Shown here in pieces: positions 59,977 through 64,000 of a stretch of DNA of 64,000 nt. Positions within the stretch are counted from its first letter, which is position 1. Each line of letters starts with the position of its first letter. The translations under genes were made by a program, and so were the position numbers. Origin of the DNA: an uncultured delta proteobacterium. GTDB taxonomy: Bacteria; Desulfobacterota; Desulfomonilia; Desulfomonilales; Desulfomonilaceae. The DNA lies in NCBI GenBank assembly GCA_963789265.1, contig CAWBKB010000003.1, positions 640,001 to 704,000 on the forward strand, in the 5' to 3' direction. Below the pieces are notes generated by a model, which made no database searches, was not told where the DNA came from, and was given only the letters and a program-made list of their open reading frames with translations.

Positions 59977-60816
59977 ATGAATCAGCTTAAAACGGTTTTA
60001 CTTCTAACTTGTTTGGCTGCCCTTCTTGTGGTCATCGGGGGATACATAGGCGGAAGGAATGGTGCTACCATAGCCCTCGTAATCGCCCTGGTCATGAATT
60101 TTGGGAGCTACTGGTTCAGCGACAAAATCGTCTTGAGCATGTACAACGCCCAGGAAGTTAGCGAGGCGGATGCACCGGACCTTTTCCGTCTCGTAAGGCA
60201 GTTGACTCAGCAAGCCGGTTTGCCTATGCCGCGGGTCTACATTATTCCGGACGCTTCTCCTAATGCCTTTGCCACGGGCAGGAACCCATCTCACGCTGCT
60301 GTAGCTGTCACGGAGGGGATACTGAGGCTTCTCTCCTGGGACGAGCTCGCCGGTGTTATCGGTCATGAATTGGGACATGTGAAGAACAGGGACATACTTA
60401 TTCAGACTGTCGCTGCCACAATCGGGGCCGCCATCACGTACTTGGCACAGTTCGGGTTCTTTTTCGGGGGAAGGTCGGACGATCGGGAAGGCGGTGGCTC
60501 GTTTGTCGGAATGCTCCTGATGATGATCCTTGCACCTCTGGCTGCGGCGATCATTCAGATGGCTATATCCCGATCGCGAGAGTACGAAGCCGATGAAACC
60601 GGGGCCCACATTTGCGGTCACCCCATGTGGCTGGCCGGTGCGCTGGACAAGTTGAGACGAGGCGTGGCAGCGGTTCCCATGAACGCGGAGCAGGCAACCG
60701 CTCACATGTTCATAGTAAAACCTTTTTCCGGTGAAGGGCTTGCCAACCTGTTCTCCACACATCCGCCCATCGAGGAGCGAATCGAGCGACTGGAGCACAT
60801 GGCAGGAAATCGGTGA
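59977..60816 (+). CDS. htpX: Zinc metalloprotease HtpX
   Basis: [30 protein letters not shown]. Confidence 0.96.
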   Translation: MNQLKTVLLLTCLAALLVVIGGYIGGRNGATIALVIALVMNFGSYWFSDKIVLSMYNAQEVSEADAPDLFRLVRQLTQQAGLPMPRVYIIPDASPNAFATGRNPSHAAVAVTEGILRLLSWDELAGVIGHELGHVKNRDILIQTVAATIGAAITYLAQFGFFFGGRSDDREGGGSFVGMLLMMILAPLAAAIIQMAISRSREYEADETGAHICGHPMWLAGALDKLRRGVAAVPMNAEQATAHMFIVKPFSGEGLANLFSTHPPIEERIERLEHMAGNR

Positions 60817-60900
60817 ATGGATTTCCCGGGGGACTGCTCTGACCTGCGACTCTTTCTTCCTTGAACGGAGGGTAAGGGAATCCCTGCACAAGGCATTCCC

Positions 60901-62385
60901 ATGCTGAAAATTCGCCGTGCAGTTTGTAAAGAGGTCCTCCACCCGAGGGACAGTGCTGCGGCAGCTCCCCTAATGAGATTTCTTTTGACCAGGACACGCG
61001 GAAAATCTTCAGTCGCCGGCGGACGGTACACGGCTGCTCGCGCGAGCCTTGCTCGTGAAATAGCTTTGCGTGTGCTCATGGATGCCGGGGCCGGCCACTT
61101 CGCGGAACATGCGTTGTCAAGCCGTTTGGATAGCGAATCGCCCGCGCCGGAAGAGCGGGCATTTGCCACGGAACTCGTTTATGGCGTTCTGAGGTGGAAA
61201 AAGCGACTGGATGCGGTGTTGCAACGTTGCGTGGACCGGCCCGGCAAGAAATTGGATCTTCTTCTGCGGGAAATCTTCCGGATCGCGTTCTATCAGATAT
61301 TTATGCTGGATGGCGTCCCGGACCATGCGATCGTCGATCAGGCGGTCACTCAGGCGCGGCACCATTGCGGAAGCCATACGGCTCCGTTCGTCAACGCGGT
61401 TCTGAGAAACGCTCTGCGCAAGCGCGAAGACGTGGACCCATTGCCTCAAGGCGACCCTGACTCCCTTGCCGTGTATTACTCGCACCCTCCGTGGCTGGTC
61501 CGACGGTGGATAGATCTATTCGGTCCGGATGTAACGCGCAAGATCTTGATTCATAATAACTCCAGAGCCCCGGTCGAATTCCGCGTCAACACGGTGAAAG
61601 CCACTCGCGAAACGGTCGTGGATCTACTCGGACAAGCAGGCGTTGCACCGCAGAGCCTCCCGGACGCGCCGGACTGCCTGCGAGTGTCCGGATTGAGAGG
61701 GCCTGTGCGCTCTTTGCCCGGGTACCAGGAAGGCTTTTTCACCGTCCAAGCGCGCGCTTCCCAGATGATTGTCGGGCTGTTGGGCATCAGACCAGGAGAT
61801 CGAATCCTGGATGCATGTGCCGCACCGGGGGGAAAGACCGCTCAATTAGCCGGATTAGGAGGCAAAAGGTGCCCTATCGTGGCCGTGGATATAGATGAGA
61901 TCCGCGTCGAGGAGACGCGCTGGAATCTGCAACGTCTCGGCGTTCATTCCGTGGAACTACGCTGCGGTGACGCAAGCGAGCCGGAGTTCGTTTCGAGTCT
62001 TGGCCTCTTTGACCGGATATTACTTGACGCGCCTTGCAGCAATCTCGGGGTGCTTCGCCACAATCCGGAAGTCAAATACAGAGTGGAGCCGGAGGATGTC
62101 GAAAAAATTGCAGCACGGCAGCGAAAAATGCTGGACGCAACGGCGGCATGCCTGAAAAACGGTGGCATCCTGGTTTACTCTGTCTGCACCGTTACTACGG
62201 AAGAGACCGTGGATGTGGTGCGCAGTTTTCTGGATAACCACACGGGCTACACCGCTATTCGCATCAATCCGGCCGAGACCGCTATCCCAAAATTTGTGCA
62301 CCCCGGCGGATTCTTCAGCACCTTCCCTCCTACCGACGACAATATGGTGGATGGTTTTTTCGCAGCGCGCATTGGCCGTCAATAA
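60901..62385 (+). CDS. rsmB: 16S rRNA m5C967 methyltransferase
   Basis: NusB-like N-terminus, DACAAPGGKT, DAPCS, YSVCT. The true start may be downstream (about 60973). Confidence 0.93.
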   Translation: MLKIRRAVCKEVLHPRDSAAAAPLMRFLLTRTRGKSSVAGGRYTAARASLAREIALRVLMDAGAGHFAEHALSSRLDSESPAPEERAFATELVYGVLRWKKRLDAVLQRCVDRPGKKLDLLLREIFRIAFYQIFMLDGVPDHAIVDQAVTQARHHCGSHTAPFVNAVLRNALRKREDVDPLPQGDPDSLAVYYSHPPWLVRRWIDLFGPDVTRKILIHNNSRAPVEFRVNTVKATRETVVDLLGQAGVAPQSLPDAPDCLRVSGLRGPVRSLPGYQEGFFTVQARASQMIVGLLGIRPGDRILDACAAPGGKTAQLAGLGGKRCPIVAVDIDEIRVEETRWNLQRLGVHSVELRCGDASEPEFVSSLGLFDRILLDAPCSNLGVLRHNPEVKYRVEPEDVEKIAARQRKMLDATAACLKNGGILVYSVCTVTTEETVDVVRSFLDNHTGYTAIRINPAETAIPKFVHPGGFFSTFPPTDDNMVDGFFAARIGRQ

Positions 62386-62529
62386 GAGCTTGTGGAAATT
62401 TAAGCGGGTGCGACACGGCGGATCGAAATTGGAGGCAGTAATGTCACTCAGAGCGGTTGCCGAAAATGATGTCCATTGGCGATCTGACAGCAATGCGCCA
62501 TCAAACAAGTGACAATCTTAGACTGGATA

Positions 62530-62651
62530 TAGTGGGGCAGGCATCCTGCCTGCCATTCGTCACCCCGGACTTCGATCCGGGGTCCAGTCTGGATGCTCGC
62601 GTACACGAGCATGACGACAGGCAATCCCGCCGGGGCGAGACTGTCCCACTA
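62530..62651. repeat. GTGG-type REP doublet with a nested CGTC-type pair
   Basis: TAGTGGG...CCCACTA enclosing CGTCACCCCGGACTTCGATCCGGGGTCCAG / CTGGATGCTCGCGTACACGAGCATGACG. Confidence 0.7.
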
Positions 62652-63000
62652 AAACACGGTGTCACTTGTTTGAAGCGAATCGGTATGACGGCGAGAGTGG
62701 CCACTCTCGCCGTGGGGACCTCTTCCGCCCTCGATTCCATCGAAAACTACCGGATTGGCAACGCGCACGCGTTGACAGGAAGTCTAGAATAGCCGGCTCC
62801 GTTGACAGCACTCGCGAAAAAATTTCGCACAAACTCAAATTGGAGAGGAGAGTGCGAAGAAATTGCTCACCCATGAGGTCTCCTGCGGTATCTCTAAGTC
62901 TTGGTTATGTCGTAACATTAGGCACTTATAAAGCTGGCATACCGGTTGCAGAATAAAAGAGCGAACAACGACTCCTAACCATACCCTCTTAGCAATCCTC

Positions 63001-63984
63001 CTACTTAGGATTGCTTTTTTTTTTGCCAATTTTCCGCGCTACCACAGTTAAAACTCCGTAGTTGCTCACCAGCTTCGACCACTGGGCCAAAAGAACACCC
63101 ACAGCTAAATCGATGACATCTAATGCCACATCCGACAGCGTCAGCGACCGGCGAATCTCCGTCAGCCACGCCCTCGCGTTTCCCCGGATCTGTCTGTTTC
63201 TAAGTAGCGCTACCGACTTGTTTTGATAACGGCTGCAATCAGTTGCTCTTCTGCTAAGCCGTTGAAGTCCGTAGCGTACCAGGCCAAACGGATAAGCTGT
63301 ATAGAGTGCGTCACTGTGAAACACGGCTCGTGGCTCCATCTGGTATCGCTCCAGGTAAGTTTGCACAGCTCGTGGTGTGAACAGCCAGAGGTGCCTCGGG
63401 ACGTCTTCGGTGCAACAGCGCCTCATGCCCGGCGCGCCGAAATTTGGCACAACGAAGACAAACAACCCGTCAACAGCGAGGAGCTGCGAGACCCTTTCGA
63501 AAAAGGCCGAAGGCGTTCGCACGTGTTCCAGCAGCGCCCATGCAGTGATTGCATCATAACGGCCTTTCTGAAGATCCATAGTTAGAAAGTCGCCGACTCT
63601 GATCGGAACTGAGTAAGAGGTCCCCCAGTTCAAGAGATCCACCCCCTCGACCTGCCACCCCTGTTTTGACGCATAATTGATGAAGTCACCTCGACCGCAG
63701 CCGATGTCGAGCAATTTTTGACCGTGTCCGGAAGGGAGGTACGTCATCATCTTGTCGTACAGGTTGGTTAGATCCGTTTTGTCTCTGAGGTAGTCACTTG
63801 GATAAAGCAATGGGATCGATTTTGCGACGGGCATAGGATTAACGAATGCCATGCCGCATTTGCACTCCACCAGGTGAAACTCCTGCCGAGTGATCGGGTC
63901 GATTTTCGAATAGAGCAGATCCTGATCGCTTGACCCGCAGAGGTCACAAGGAACATATTCAGTCAGAATGGTATCAAAGGCCAT
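63001..63984 (-). CDS. Class I SAM-dependent methyltransferase with an N-terminal Zn ribbon
   Basis: CDLCG..CKCG, LLDIGCGRG, LEHV, PRHL. Confidence 0.88.
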   Translation of the reverse strand: MAFDTILTEYVPCDLCGSSDQDLLYSKIDPITRQEFHLVECKCGMAFVNPMPVAKSIPLLYPSDYLRDKTDLTNLYDKMMTYLPSGHGQKLLDIGCGRGDFINYASKQGWQVEGVDLLNWGTSYSVPIRVGDFLTMDLQKGRYDAITAWALLEHVRTPSAFFERVSQLLAVDGLFVFVVPNFGAPGMRRCCTEDVPRHLWLFTPRAVQTYLERYQMEPRAVFHSDALYTAYPFGLVRYGLQRLSRRATDCSRYQNKSVALLRNRQIRGNARAWLTEIRRSLTLSDVALDVIDLAVGVLLAQWSKLVSNYGVLTVVARKIGKKKSNPK

Positions 63985-64000
63985 GACTTCACGTGGTGGC

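Noticed and set aside
60004..60942. Long antisense ORF (312 aa) over htpX, and similar shadow ORFs such as 33130-33918
   Set aside because: No recognisable motifs; expected antisense open frames in GC-rich coding DNA.

Overview
A 64-kb chromosomal window from a bacterium, probably a Desulfomonile-like deltaproteobacterium. That placement is inferred from protein motifs, not established. Core genes: two pilT-family ATPases, yggS, maf, tal-pgi fusion, dnaX, SRP RNA, truA, pdxST, rplU-rpmA-obgE-proB, two Hsp20s and def-fmt-htpX-rsmB. Accessory content: an arginine succinyltransferase (AST) operon, a lone AEP/RepB-like primase with an altered DxD motif, an NLR-like CHAT-STAND-TPR protein and decayed toxin-antitoxin genes. 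The best candidate for an undescribed system is a three-gene unit at 26753-31309. It encodes an ~800-aa protein with glutamate-cysteine-ligase/PafA-like (COOH-NH2 ligase) motifs, a phosphatidylserine-decarboxylase-like enzyme and an Lgt-like membrane transferase. Intergenic DNA is rich in nested MITE/REP-like repeats, including a 209-bp MITE with a 4-bp target duplication inserted into a REP inside another MITE. About 13 single-base frameshifts in 11 genes, including rpmA, most likely reflect sequencing or assembly errors.
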